Shown here one piece after another: positions 1 to 15,286 of a stretch of DNA of 64,000 nucleotides. Position 1 is the stretch's first letter. Each line of letters starts with the position of its first letter. The stretch spans positions 171,345-235,344 of the forward strand of contig JALDTO010000266.1 of assembly GCA_023515725.1 (NCBI GenBank). Direction: 5' to 3'. Origin of the DNA: Amoeboaphelidium protococcarum X5. Taxonomy: Eukaryota; Fungi; Aphelidiomycota. Position numbers and translations under genes: made by a program. The notes below the pieces were generated by a model. That model saw only the letters and a list, made by a program, of their open reading frames with translations, had not been told where the DNA came from and made no database searches.

Positions 1-247
1 AGTGTCACAATGTGTTAAAAATCCAAAAATATTAATTTGTAGTTACAAGATGCTATATCCAAAACTTATCTAAAATATAGGCTTCTCGCTGTGGCAGGTG
101 TCCTTATGTCTATCATGTTTCCTCAAATAGTATTTGTGACCACCGCCGTGATATAATAATCTCATTTTCGAGAGCTAATCAGAGTAATTAAATTTTTGAA
201 ATAACAAGATTCTATCTACAAGTGCATTTATACTTCACAAGTGTTAA

Positions 248-1564
248 TCACAGCATTCCCCAAATTTCCATATTGACAATTTTAAACTCGCCCTTGACCG
301 CATCCGTGCATAAAGGAATAGTATTACTGAACGTGGGTGCATTAGATGAGAGTCCCCGATACAGTTCATGGTCTATGAATATACCGAACTTGCCATCACC
401 GCTGCCCATCGCCATAAAATCAGATTCACTCAGCATGAAATAGTCATTCTTTTGCGTCCATTCATAAGGTATTAATGAACTTTTGGATGTTTAATCTCCA
501 GTGATCCACTTAAAGAGGAAACACTCGCCTGATCCGTAATACGACCGCCCACTAGTAAGAGTACCATACTTGCTGCGACTTAGAGGGGATGATGATGAAT
601 AGGCCAACTGCTGCCTGGTCTCTTCCGCTGTGCCACTACCACTATGACTCTTCCACATCTCGGTGGTGAACGCACCAAATATCGAGTTGCCGTCATCTTG
701 TACGAGTAGGAAAGATGGACATATCGACGGCCTATCCGCTTGATAGTCGCGAAAATAAGCACACTTCTGATACAGTGTATTCAGAGATGCCCCATGCTAT
801 TGCAGAGAGAATATCAACTGATATTTGTTATACTCTCTAAATCTTGATGGTATGCGACGACGAAGAGCATTAGCCAACTCCATGTTCATAATAGGAGTAT
901 CAGCTGAAGAGTCTAGTCCGACTAGTTGAATTTCATTATCCCAAATGATATCCGTCTATGGAGATGATGGCTGCACTAATTCATTAGTGGTCTCACTTGT
1001 AGGCGATAGTCCGAGCAGTGCTGATGCCCCACCAACCACTGATGACAAGTAGCTATATGTTCCATCCAGAAGACCATGATCAGGGTGAGTATCAATACTT
1101 TAGACTGGTCGTCTGGTAAGGCTTTACCGAGATTCTGTTTAATCTTGCGCACCGCTATTACCGCCACCAACCATGGTCCACTGCGATGGTTCTATACCAA
1201 CATCGCCAGCACTTACAATAACATTGTTATTCAAACCTGAATCTGGAGATGCAACACGAGGAGTGGACCGGCTTGAAGGCTGTGGAGGCGATCCCACCAG
1301 TATCTCCCATAAGAATCCGCCAAATGTTTGTGGTGGATTTCTTTGCTGCTACATGGCGCTATCTACTTCGCTCTGCTATAATCCCGCTTAAATCGCTATA
1401 GATGGACTGACGCCTGATTACGGTACCTTCTAATCCAAATCGCCATTGTCAGATCTTATGGCAAAGGCTTCAGACATGCTTGAGCTCAGAGACGTTGGCT
1501 TATTATCAGCATTCTAACTTTATCTTGAACCGCTTAAAGACTTTTAAACTTCATTCGCTTCCAT
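248..1564 (-). CDS. TLDc (Oxr1/NCOA7-type) domain protein, ~438 aa
   Basis: One frame under TAR=Gln from ATG 1564 to TGA 248. C-terminal TLDc motifs LIFSLQQHGASLNTLY, SIFGAF, YYGSGECFLF, NDYFMLSESDFMAMGSGDGKFGIFIDHELYRGLS..PTFSN, EFKIVNMEIWG. Confidence 0.85.
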
Positions 1565-1906
1565 ATCAGCTATTTGTTATTGATACTCAGACGATTAATG
1601 GCTGATATCTAGTAATATTGTAATAGGCCCGGCTGATAAAACAATGCGCAGTAGAGAGAAGAGGTTGTTTTTCGCGAGAGATGTTACGATGATGAGAGCG
1701 AGAAACAAGAGTGAAACAAGATTGGATTGACTTTTCACACGACTCGGTTCACGGCGAGACTCTTGATGATTTACGATTCACATGACACTGCTGAATTCTA
1801 ACAGTCATTGATAAAGGTATATATTTTGAATAGCAAAGGCATCATGAGTATAAATCATAGAGATCTAAAGAGTAATTACATTAACTTAAATTATATGCAC
1901 TAAGTT

Positions 1907-4276
1907 TCAACGGCGTATTAAATCAGTAATGACAATGGAAGGTTGTTGATCAGGCAGACGACCCTCTTGCAGGATGTAATTGCTCAACATATCCAAGTCA
2001 GGTTAAGATTATGCAAACGTCTATAGAAACGAACTCATATTTTGAGATCTACTGCTAGTAGAAAGTAACTTGAGTAATGCCATGCATATAGCGATGCGTG
2101 TTGAGGGAGTTAACGAATTCAGATGCACAATCGGGTATTAATTGTCTACAGTCTACAGCATTATGCACTGTGCATCCGAAGATTCAGATAAGTCCATTTA
2201 ATCGCGCAGTATTCTGTCCAAATCCTTATCAATGCCCAATATATGAATCTACTTAACCAATTCTGTAATGCATTTGGCTTCATAATCATTAACTTGTCCA
2301 GATGACTAGGTTCTTCTTAGATTCAAAGATATACTTAGCTATCCACTCTAAAAAGAAGCGTCAATACAAAGATTATTACCACTTTGCAGCTTTACATTCT
2401 TCTGAAGATTGGAAGATAAATGACTAAATACGGTCAAGCTCTAAGAGGAGGCCACATATGGAGGTAATTCTCTCAAATGAATAATCTGATTAGCTGCAAT
2501 GTACCAAAAATCAGAATACTCCTTATTCCAAATATCGGTATAAATTATCATCATTAAACAGTCTCTATGAGGATCTTGGTGCCCTTCAAATAATACAAAC
2601 TTGATATCAGAAATTACAAAGTCCTGAGAATCAACATGAGACAGTGGAACATTCAGTAATACTCTAGAATGATTAACATCTAATATATATAGTACGTTGC
2701 TTTCAGATATAGCTACACAGGACTTTAAGAACTGTCTGATGAAATGATTATTCTGTATACTCGACTTGGTGGAAGACTTGATATTCTCTGCAATATTCTG
2801 AGGATTAATCACGTAAGACTCTGGCACATAAACGTTTGTTACAGCAGCAATACTTTGACTGCACACATTGAAAGTGTGTAGTACTTTATCAGGCGGATAG
2901 GATGTCACCACACATTATCCACTCTTTGTACCAAGAACCAAAAATTAATCCACATTAAATTACTTGATTCTCTATTTTACAGAAATAATAGACGTTATGG
3001 GATGCTCCGAAACTTTAAACTCACACTAAGGCTATAATGTTGATGATGACTCTGCAAATAACCAATCTCCACCATACACTCGCAACATACCATCAACAGA
3101 TCCTACCAGTACTTGACCATCATGAGCAACTTTAACATGCGTAACAATACTACGCTTCTAAGTCCACTAACGCTAAAACGATAAATCAAATTCCAAGCAC
3201 TGACTGGAATCTCTCTACAATAAAAAGACGCTTAAACACATTGATGTCTCATTGAAACACGTTAGCTGAGTAGAATTCTGCAAATTCAGCGTACAATCGC
3301 AATATTAATTGATAATAACAGGAGGAACTTCAACCAAAAAAGACTCCACAGAGCCACGTTTCTTCTATGGAGATTATTGCGGGGTCTTGACAGCATCTTC
3401 AATCCTCCAGGCGCCTACAGACACAACAGAGGTCCATACAAGTTCGTGCTTACCATAAAACTGAACTTGATCAATAGTTTATTACTCGTACGCACTACCA
3501 TCATCTACTTAAAGATCAGGATGTCTAAATCTAAACAGTAATGAATTCTGAGCAATATTGGGATACGATGAATCCATAGACATCTCTGACTTTTTCAAGA
3601 GTATCAAATACATTTCACTATGACATGAGCCAATTAACATCACCTAGAGAGAATTACTGAATGGATTGCATTTGACATCTTTCCAAAAATTGAGGGGATT
3701 ATCAGACATGACATTAATCTAATTCACTGGCGAGCATACATCTACCATGCATGATTAAACATCGAAATCGTAAACGTGTAGCATATCATTGGCAGATAGA
3801 GCCAACAACTTGGGCAAATGATAAGGATCAAAAGTAATTCTACTACCATTCACAGCAAGACTTGGCGGTATCCAAACGCACGCTTACTTTACAGGGAACG
3901 GAAACTCTAATTGCACGGTTACATCAGATTCAATTATATCCAAGTCATGGAAACTGACAACTCTACTCAAATCGCAGCACACAATTTTATTGATATGCGG
4001 TATTATACGACACTGGATATTGTTGGCAAGGGAATACTTGAGTTCAATAGTCCTTATGACCATCACAGACTCCTAGCTTATTACAAATAATTAAGAATGG
4101 CAGAGAATTATAGCAACTTTAACATCTTGATCGACAATACGGATATTAGATGGAAATGTGATCGTTCCTCTTGTTGAGTACAGAACATTTTTTAAGGCTA
4201 CTAATCCAACATTGTCTTATACAAGATTTTCTGCTTCTTTTGATTCAGTTGCTGGCACCCTCACAAAGTTCAACAT
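1907..4276 (-). CDS. WD40/beta-propeller-like protein, ~789 aa
   Basis: ORF fragments 3884-4066 and 2441-2911 share one frame, bounded by ATG 4276 and TGA 1907 (TAR=Gln). WD-like segments VTHVKVAHDGQVLVGSVDGMLRVY and HPITSIISV...FLVLGTKSG. Confidence 0.65.
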
Positions 4277-4779
4277 TTAATATACCAATTTAATAATCTG
4301 AATCTGATACCGCACAGGGTCAGACAGAGAAAGAAAGAATAAAAGTGAAACGATTCGAATCAGACTCGGTCGGTGCTGTAAAGAAGGAGCAGCCGAGAGA
4401 TGTTGCAATCTTCAGTGGGTTTGAGAGGATATGAACCGGGATTATAAGAGTAAATGGAAAACGAGAGATTAAGCTTTAAATACACGAATGGCTTGTCAGA
4501 AGCACTATGCATGAACAGGAAAAAATGGTTCACTGACCCAAAATAGCGCTTCACAACAGTCTTTATCCCGTCATGCTAAAAAGATCGTTGCACGTTTCTT
4601 CGTCATTCTCATCATTAGGCGATCCACGTGGTTTACATAAGGCAGTGTGGCGCGCGAGAATTTTGAAGAAGCTACCCGTGTTGATATATCATCATTATGA
4701 TTTCATTTCTTCTTCTTGGTACTGACGAAGTACTTATACTCGAAGCGATTGTGAATAGCATTTTAGTTACTTTTGAGAT

Positions 4780-6666
4780 ATGGTCAGTTTTGTCAAGTTT
4801 GTTGCGCATTATGCTGCTGTAGCAATCCTAGTACTGTCTGGTGTTGTTTATGGCTTTGCTCTCACTCCTCAACTCTTGCAAGAAGAAGGTGTCTACTATA
4901 ATGGTGGTGGTAATAGCGATAATATTTTGCCATAGTACGAGGATGCATTCTTCTTTCCCGAAGTCTCTAATTAGGGTCACAATAAGTGGGCCGCATTCTT
5001 GGTCATTTTGCCTGGTGCACAGGTCAATCCGGCGTGTTACTCCTCTCTGATTGCAGAGATTCAGTCCAAGTCTGAGATTCCACTATACGTTGGTTTACCT
5101 CATTTACATTTTGATTTGGCTTTCCTGAGAGGGAACGTGGAGGCTGCGATTGAACGCGTGTATAATCACTTAGTTTAGCATGGTATGCCAATCGATGCGC
5201 GTTTTGCTCTGGCCGGCCACAGTCTTGGTGCCGTGGCTGCGTAATAGTACACTGCAGATGCTTATGGTATTCTGGTATAGTCCGATTCGGATGATCCAAA
5301 TGAAGTGCATGTATCGAGACGTAGATAGCTGATAAAGCCATGGGTCAATATTTTCCTAGGTTCTTCCCTGCTGAGAAAGTACAAAGATGTCAAGTACCCG
5401 GTGCCATGGATGCAAGTATCTGGATCCCTGGATGGTCTCCATCGTGTGACTCGCGTTGCTCAGTCTGTGTATCATTATGTCTTGAACAATCGCGATGGAG
5501 TGTCCAGTGTTGTAACTGACAATCCTGTTGTCATAGTTGACGGAATGACTCATATGCAGGTTAGCGGTTGCCCGGTACCATGGTATCCTGCGCAGAAGGA
5601 TCTTCGCGCAAGTATCTCAGGTGCTGAGGCTTTGGATCAGGTGTCCATGGTTGCAGCCACGTTCATTGACTATCATCTTAATGAAGATCGCACCAATTGG
5701 ACGGTACTACGCGATGCTGTTGAGAGAACCAAACAGTTTATGGCTCCTCTGCTGGAAGCTATGCGTCTTGAGGCACATGTTCACCTGAAGAAGCGTTGTA
5801 ACTCTGATAAGCCATCTCCTCATTGTCCATTCTATCCGGCATGGCCAGAGTAGAAGGAACCGCGTTAGTTCAGTAATGACACGGATTGCTGGTGTGGTAC
5901 ACCGTGGGCCAATGTGGCTATCAAGTAGATGGTGGATGCCGATAATGTTGTTGAAGTTGTCAATGCTGATGCTATTCATGATGTTCGTGACACTAATCCA
6001 TACCATCATGCGCATATTTGGAATAACTGCAGCGATCACGTCCGCAAAGGCTAGTTTATCGTGTAAGAAGTCGACATGGGTGAGAATCTGGCAGTGGAAA
6101 AGTGCAAGTTAAATGTCACCACCGTATCAGAGAGTATGTATGACAAGTACGATTCTCTGGACACTGGTTTGGCTCATGGCACTGCTGAGGAAATCAGAGT
6201 CAAGATGAAGTCCCGTCAATTGTATAGAAGACACACCACCAATCCATTCGCCGATTACGATGAAGATGACATGGATGTGTGCATGGAAATCAACCAGCTC
6301 GCGTACAAGTATGCACTTGAACACTCTGATCCGAAAGTTGTGAAGAGGTTCATGAAGTTTGGTTAGAAGATGCATTTTCTTCCAGACTACCATTTCCCTA
6401 TTGCTATTGGGCCTCTGTGGATCAACTCTCGTCTTAAGTACAAGGAAATGGATCTTGTCAATGAGGATGGTAAGCTGGAGAAGGTTCTATCGATCAAGAG
6501 TATTAGTATGAAGACTGATCTTGACAGTTGGATCAACAAATTGCATCCTGACTCTGCTGGTCAGCATTACTGCAAATTGCTTTCTCCTGCTCGTGCTATG
6601 GAATGGATTTATGTGGATGGTCTGCGTCATAAATTGGGATACAGTGTTAAACAAGGCGATAATTGA
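4780..6666 (+). CDS. Secreted alpha/beta-hydrolase-fold protein, ~628 aa
   Basis: Signal-peptide-like N-terminus MVSFVKFVAHYAAVAILVLSGVVYG. ILPGAQV.P..Y segment, nucleophile elbow GHSLGA (~5215) and SGSLDGL. ORF fragments 5401, 6076 and 6370 share one frame ending at TGA 6664-6666. Confidence 0.75.
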
Positions 6667-6911
6667 TTTCCGCATCCAAGGCATCTTCATCGATAATGTC
6701 CTGCTCTGTGATTGGCGTTTGTTTGATCAATCCATATTGGGACGAGGCGTTGATTGACTGTGATTCTACTTAATGATCTCTTTATGTCTATTTTTGTTAT
6801 TACAGATAGTAGTCTTCATTTATCTTAAAAGTGCATCTTTTCATAATCATTTGTCAGAATATTTTCAATAAGATCCCCCTTTTCAGATAGTTTATCATCA
6901 GTCATACAGTA

Positions 6912-9515
6912 ATGAGTAGTGTAACGTTAGTTGATCTTAGTCATGGTAATCAGTATTCTGTGAAGGATATAAAGAAATGGAATGAAATAATGGTGAGATA
7001 GTGGCTCAAAGATATAGGCTTTGAGTAGTATAATGCATACTTTGCGGATCATAATATTGATGGCCATGCGCTGTTGCAGCTTAATCATAGCTTTCTGAAA
7101 GAGATGGGAATAAAGTCTGTGGGTGAGCGGATGAAGTTGCTGATTTTGATTAAGCGAATTCAGAAAATTATGGCTGGCAAATCTGACCGTATGACTCTCA
7201 CACGCTCTCATTCCCAATAATCTATGGAAAATGTGGCATCACTGGCAGCGGGTCTTAAAATCTCAACTTCGTAGTAGCAGCAATCAGATGCTTATAATCA
7301 ATTGGGCGGCAGACAGCCTTCGCCAGTTGTTACAACTCCATCGAAAAAGTCATTTGGTCATATTATGCCAGAATCTGCACCTTTGTTAAAGAGCTCACCT
7401 AGCCCACAATCTGCTGGATCTTAAAGCGCTCGAAAAATTGCCTCTGCCGGTGTTACAAGTGTCTAGAGCCCTTAGTCTCCTTCATCTGCTTCGCAATTAT
7501 ATAGTAATTCCAATATCAATAATTCAACAAGTTAACGTGTTGATAATAGTCAAGGTTAGGATTCTGATAGCTCGTAGAGCAGAAAGCATTCTAATCAAAA
7601 GAGATTCATTCGCGTGTATTACGACTCTCATTCAGTGGTGATGGATGTTTCGCAGGCGGACTCGTATCAGAATCTACTTGGTTTGATTTTGAAGAAATTT
7701 GGAATCCCCACGGATAATCTGTGGATGGAGATCAATAGCTGGGCTATATTGGTGCGTGATGGTACGGCTGCAAGATTGTTGCGATAATCTGAGGTGAACA
7801 CGATAGGTGATTAAAATGTGCATGAAGTTGATTCTCTGCCTAGACTTTTTCTAAGGCGTAGAAATGGTGCATACGTCAAGTAGTAATAGTCTAAAAGAGG
7901 TTAGTCCCCTACCAGTCGTAGTTAAAATAAAGTGAAGAAGATTTTGGGCGTTCAGGTACCATTTTAGAACTAAAAGAGACAAATGCCGTCTATCAACGAG
8001 CCTAGTGCATCATCTCCTAATCGTTAACACGATCAAGGTATTAAGGTACAGAAATCACCATAGCAAAGACGTACGCCTGATAGTTCCGGTAGAGGAGTAT
8101 CACACATAATGACTCAGAATCTCGTTTAGAATGCAGATGAGTCTATCAATGCTGCCGGTATATCGAGTCCAAGGTCTAGCAATCTGACTTCCACCAAATT
8201 GAAGAACTTCTTTGGTGAGAGACCGCCTAGTGAACTAATTGCAGGTAATTTGATAAAATTCTTCCCCTCTGTCAAGTCTCCCCCTCTGATAAAGAATCAA
8301 TAATAGTAATAACATTAGTAAGATATGATTGCTGAATAGGATGAGTAGGATTCTGCAGAGACAAGTAGTGTTAGCGACAATAATGGCGATTTTCAAGAGA
8401 TTGAATCAATTGAGCAGAGTTCAGTCGGCGACAAGGCTTCCATTGCTGCGCGCATCAGTTAGGATGAATATAAAATTGTCGAAGAGAGTAGTGATTAGTA
8501 GCTATCGACTTCCAGATAGTCTTAAGCATCTCGATTGTAAAATGCTTAGCGCCCATCTGCATCTAGTTCGCCTCAGGGAACTCTGAAGAGAAAGTCATCT
8601 AACAAGCGAATCAAGTGGGTCAAAGGGGCTTTGGTTGGTACTGGATCTTTTGGTAATGTTTATCTTGGCTTAAATGCGTTCACAGGTGAATTTATGGCTG
8701 TGAAATAGGTTCTGCTTCCCGTTGACGCGCAGATGGCAAAATCTGAATCTAGTGAAGTTCCAGTTAGTGCTCCATCGGCGGTCGTTAACAATGCCAAAAT
8801 CCAAACGCGTCGTAAGCAAATGGTCGAAGCACTGTAGCGCGAGATTGGACTTTTGCGTGAATTGGAACATCCTAATATTGTTCGCTATCTTGGTAGTGAG
8901 AGCACAGACTCTTATTTGAATATTTTCTTGGAATATGTCCCCGGAGGATCATTGTGCACTGTTATATCAACTTATGGTACAATTGAGGAGGCGCTAATCA
9001 AAACTTATGTGCGCCAGATACTCGGTGGATTGTCCTATTTGCATCAGAAAAACATTGTTCACAGAGACATTAAGAGCGCCAACATTCTGGTGGACAACAA
9101 GGGAATTGTGAAGATCTCTGATTTTGGAATTAGCAAGAAAATGGCATAGGCCGATGTATCTGACCGTGGTAGTGTTATCTCATTGTACCCAAAGGGCGTC
9201 GGCGGTAATAGAACTAGTGCTCTGCAAGGATCCGTGTTCTGGCTCTCACCCGAGGTGGTGAAACATTTTCATTACAGCAAAAAATCTGATGTTTGGTCAT
9301 TTGGATGCCTGGTTATTGAAATGTTCACAGGAACGCATCCTTGGCCGAATATGAACCAAATGGCTGCCATGTTCCGAATTGGCCAGAAGAATCAGCCACC
9401 ATATCCTGATACGCTTTCACCAGAAGCTAAAGACTTACTTCAGCAGTGTCTAGCGCTGAACTACAAAGAACGCCCAGACGCGAATCAGCTCCTATCTCAT
9501 AAATTCCTATCTTGA
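6912..9515 (+). CDS. STE11: STE11-like MAP kinase kinase kinase (SAM, RA-like region, kinase), ~867 aa
   Basis: N-terminal SAM ([42 protein letters not shown]), fungal Ste11 motif [11 protein letters not shown], kinase motifs [21 protein letters not shown] (Q=TAG), [29 protein letters not shown]. Confidence 0.9.
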
Positions 9516-9865
9516 TTATTGTAACACAGTTTTGTGAGTTTTATTGATTATTTATGGCTCGTTACGTTTAAATATTTTTTAAATAACATGACTTTCTTCT
9601 CCATCCAAGAATCCTCATTCTACGACTGTTGAAGATCTGCGCCTGATCGCCAGTTGAAATTCTAAAACGACGCCACCACAGAATCATCACTTCTTCACTC
9701 TCGCTCTTGACTTTTCTTCCGCATGATCACACGTCTGTTCGCCTGATCTCTCTCAAGCTCTCTTGGCCGTTCCACAAGCCGTTCGTTCGTTAGTTCGTTC
9801 GTTCATCAACGCAAGTGTTCCTCTCAAATCTTTTCCGTCTAAAAACTAAACTGTTCATTTACCAA

Positions 9866-9890
9866 TCTCTCTCTCTCTCTCTCTCTCTCT
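9866..9890. repeat. (TC)n microsatellite upstream of Rab11
   Basis: Perfect TC run of about 25 nt. Confidence 0.9.
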
Positions 9891-9954
9891 TTCGTTACTC
9901 CTCCTTTGTCTGTACATTGAGTGTGAAGCCAGTACTTTATAAATTGAAGATAAT

Positions 9955-10756
<802 letters not shown>

Positions 10757-10937
10757 TATAGTTTATATGCTTGACTTCATGAGAGAATGGATAAAATATC
10801 TTTATGAATTTGACTTAAACATTTGAATTAGTTTTACTTCACTACAGCGTTGTAGTTATTATCAACAATCTGTTAGTTAATACAACAACTCATACAATTC
10901 TTACCATCCATAACGCATTAAACTGATATAGTGGAGA

Positions 10938-11846
10938 TCAATCCTCTGCAGGTGGAGCATCTTGTTCAAGAAATTTCACAAACTTCAACTTGATCTGAGT
11001 GGAGTCATCACCCCTTAGAACATCACTGATGAACGCCGCTTCAACTTACATTTACACCTACACATTACAGATGCACATCGCTGTCAGATTATGAATATAG
11101 GTACTTCAAATATAATATCAAATGCATACCATTTCTAATGAACCACGTAATACTCCACAGTAAATGTTACTCCACCAAAGATCATTCAGAGTTGATCCAG
11201 ACGCAGAGTTGGAAGATACTTAAGCAGCACTTTTGACATTGAGATTACCAGCTGGCTATTTATTCTCATCAGAAGAAGACTACTATTATTATTATTATTA
11301 TCCTTGTTAAGAGCTGTGAGTTGATACAACATCGAATAGAGTCGCGGGTGGATACTCTACGTACTCAGCCAGGGGGTTCTCATCCAGTGTCAACACACAC
11401 TCCTTCCCATCCTGAGACCATCCGCTAACGAGTGGGCTGATGTTCAAGAACATTTTAAAGGCAACTTTGGTGATCCAATCCACAGTCTCGCGAAAGTCTG
11501 AGCACTTGGTGACTGAAGCCTTAGATAGAAAGTCTTCAATCAGTCGTATTCCGATATTGAATCCCCTACAATATGCGAAGCGCCAGTTCTATATGTTTAA
11601 TAGAGAACAGCGCGAATATTCTTACATGCGATCCAGCATCTTGTTGACTTCATTAAAATCATCCAAATCTTTAATCAGCTGTGTCACCAGAGCGCCATAC
11701 GTGAAGGTGAACATTTCTCCATTCTACACAATCGTTTTCAATAGAGATTTCTCATATGACGACGATATAGAAATAAATAGAATTACAATCTTGTCAACTT
11801 TATTCTTCCACAAATCCTCTCCAATCTTTACGTACTGTCTATTCAT
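10938..11846 (-). CDS. BET3: TRAPP complex subunit Bet3/TRAPPC3; introns ~11724-11786, 11566-11625, 11058-11129
   Basis: EMFTFTYGALVTQL, LDRMGFNIGIRLIEDFL, CSDFRET, ENPLAEYVE, SNIYCGVLRGSLEM|VQMQVEA (both Q=TAA), DVLRGDDSTQIK. Confidence 0.93.
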
Positions 11847-12100
11847 CTCCGTTTATTATTTAGAGGTCCTGTTATGATCAAAGTTATCGCTAATACAGTC
11901 TTCTCTCTGTTTTTTCGCTGGAAAGGCGAAATGATTCTTTGATCGTCAAAGTAAAAACGCGTCGAGCATTGAAACAGTTCATTTAAGTCTATCACTTGGC
12001 TAAGCATAATGTGGGAATAATCATAAAGTTAAATATGTCAAAGGGACTAAACCCACTTTTTTGAAAAAGAAAATGCAAGTTTAAAGACAGTAAAATTAGA

Positions 12101-14719
12101 TCAAATATTCTCATTCACTAGGATGTAAATGTATCCACTTCCGACGTCCCTGTCCACAGTGTCACCAACGCGGTGTACGACGCCTTTATCGTACTTGACA
12201 ACTTTCTCGTCATTAAACAACACCCAGTCGCCATCATTTACAATCTTTGGTGGCTTATCATTAGTACTTGTAGCAGAGTTGAATTTACCTTCTGGCTATC
12301 TATATCTAACATACGCTACGTAATGACCAGAATTAACATTTGATCCCTTATGAGCAATCACAGCATGCAATCTATACTTTGATCCAAGGAATTTGAAACG
12401 ATCTAGATATTGACTACTAGATTCAGAAGTGGATGCAGCAGATGTCTCCTACTACTGCTTCATTGCATCATTATCGTCCTGCAATGGAGCATCTGGATTA
12501 CTAAAGAGCCACTCGACAGCAGCTTCAACATTCCCGCCGGTCTACTTAAGAGCCGCCTTGGCTTACGCGGGAGAAAATCCCATCTCTACAACCATATTGA
12601 CACTATTAGAATCTACAGCAGGTGCTTTAGAGGCTGATTTAGCTTAAGATACTGCTGCATTAACAGGAGTAGCAGGTGGAAGTGGATCATCTAATGATGG
12701 ATCATCCATTCTACTGAATAGCCATTCCATTGCCACCTCAGAACCACCGTTGCCAGATTCTAATAACGCTCTGGTTGATCGATTCTTTGTGAATCCCATA
12801 CTCATTAGCTATTCCAGCGCAGTACTATCCACTTGAAAATTATTATTGGTAGAAGCAGTGGCATTGGGTCCCGCAGTGACTTCATCCTCTGGTAACAATT
12901 AATCTTCAGACGAGGGTCCAGAGCGTAATTTGTCTCCAATATCAAAAACTTCCTTATCACACAAAATGCTGAGGTTAAGCTTCTTAGGAACCCAATTCTC
13001 CAATACAAAACGCTGCATGTGCAATATAATAATAGGCGGCAGGTGTTTACCTTTTGAACCATCGTTATTCAAGCGTACATTGCTCAATGCATTAACCTTC
13101 TTCTGGCAGCGAGTGCATCTAAAGTCTTGAATAACTTCATCAGTAAAGAATTGTTCGATACATTCAGACAATTTAACATCTTAATACTACTCTACACCGT
13201 CTATCGTCTGCTTCCTTTAAGGAATTGGAATCTCAATTCCAGAGGAGATTTCATCCCTGAAAGAACATCCCAAACACTCTGTGCATTACACTCGGCGATT
13301 CAAATGACATTCTATAGCCAGACCAGGTCGGAAAATTGATGGCGGCAGCACGTTGCGACTACGATTATACTCTTCATCCAGGCGGGTGAATAAATGCTAA
13401 ATATATTCAAACGCATCCTACTATCTGGCAGTCTTAAATTCTGCATTATTGCCAGCCATCAAGTTCTTGAATGCCGTCAATTTAATTCCATCTTGCCATT
13501 ACACTTGACCACTCTCTACTGATGTGTCCTTCTTTTCTGATGCCTAATTCAGCTATTATTGCTACTTCTCAATCGCTTCCCTGAGATCAACGGGTAAATG
13601 AGCCTAGTCATTAACAACTTCACCTGGACGACTATAATCACCACTAATCAGCGATTGGACCACCTTCAGAGATTGACATAATAAGCTCTTTGAAGGCTTC
13701 AACATCGCATCGCGATTCAACTTGCTCAAAGCCATATCTTTAAAATCAATTATCGGTGGAATGGTAACCAAACTCTGGAGTGACGAATTGATATAACAAC
13801 TGTTGCCAATATTCTTAAGGCCAGTGAGATTAGGCCCATAGACGGGTGTCAGATCTTTACCATCAGCAGTGGCCATATTAAATTCATAGTTGAGATTATG
13901 CTCCAGCTACAGCTCTTACATACTCTTATCAGTCTTTACAAGGCCCTGTAAATTGATACCGAACGTGCTCATATGCAATGCCAAATCTGGATCCAAGCGC
14001 ATATCATCACAGTCATAACAGTAAATGTCCGCAGTACCAGCACTGGTAATAGTGCCCAGTTTACATGCTACAAAATGAGTTGGATTGTACTGGAAATGCT
14101 CAAATCCATGACTATTACCGCCACTACCATCAAACTACTTTCTACCACAACCAATATTTCCACACGTTAGACAGATCCATAAGTTGGTCTTTAAGTTACA
14201 CTAAGAACACTGATGCAAATTTATAGAATCGATACTGGATGGTTGTTATTACTGAAGCATTAGAGTGTGTTCACAGGCTTGTAATGGAACATTCCAATCA
14301 TTACCAAGAATATTGTTCTATTACTCGGTACGGATCTATGTAAATAATTAAATCCACTCCATAGACACCTCTTACTGCTACTCAATGGCTAAAGAGTCTG
14401 CTCCCTTAAACTTGATCCATATACCAGTGTACTCCATCTTTTCTACATTGGCCTTTTTCCTAACATGGTGCTCTTCCTCAGCAGATGCAGAATTATCACC
14501 AGCTGTAACTTCTTCACCAACTACTTTTTTCAGCAATAAATATACTGCAGTGTTGTGTATGGTCTGATGAAGAGGTAGATGCCGCTTGCAGAACGACTCC
14601 CAACAATTCACCTCGGTGCAGTAATACAATCCCTCAGAGCAGTCGTCGAAACACAAACTACACTCCTCCTGCCTAAATTCAGGCACAACAGGTATCTTAA
14701 AATTCTAGATGGTAGACAT
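12101..14719 (-). CDS. UBP14: Ubiquitin C-terminal hydrolase USP5/USP13/Ubp14 family, ~872 aa
   Basis: ZnF-UBP (NLWICLTCGNIGCGR..GGNSHG..H), Cys box GLKNIGNSCYINSSLQ, RQQDAFEY (TAG TAG), two UBA domains (MGF...A.EWLF) and His box HKGSNVNSGHYVAY...WVLFNDEKV. Confidence 0.93.
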
Positions 14720-15286
14720 TAAAATTAAAAACTGGTGTTTATACAGTAAATTATAAGAATTAAAGTGCTTATTACTCACTCGCTGCAAAACTCTGATTGA
14801 TGGGAAGAGGAGGGAGAAAAGCACCTGTGGGAATAAACGAGTCGCACTGGATGACTTGGGTAAATGCTTTGATAAGAACAACTTCAACCCTGGAAGATGC
14901 TTTACCGCCGTTAACACGTTTTTATCAGCCAGAATATTGTCTTATTCGGTGCATCAGTATAATACAGTAGTGTATGTGGTATATATATGACATGTTGAGC
15001 ATTAAAACAGTTTCAATAGACTGTTAGAATCGTCAAAGAATGACATCTAACTGAGGCCTATATAATGATGTCCACACAAAATTTATAATGCAAATCCCGT
15101 TATCTATGACTTCTCAGCTATGCTCACGAGAGCGGTGGTTCCAATGCCACGAACTGCGACATATAAGCCTCAACTTTTCCTTCCTGATTCAAACTTGAAA
15201 CAGATTAACTTGATGTTAAGTTGACGTTTCCAATCTTTTACTTCCTTCTATAAGATAAGATTTAGTACCATAATAACACCTCTACC

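Noticed and set aside
1-276. + strand frame open to TGA 274-276, overlapping the TLDc gene end
   Set aside because: With a single stop codon, ~90-codon open frames arise by chance, and there is no recognisable motif.
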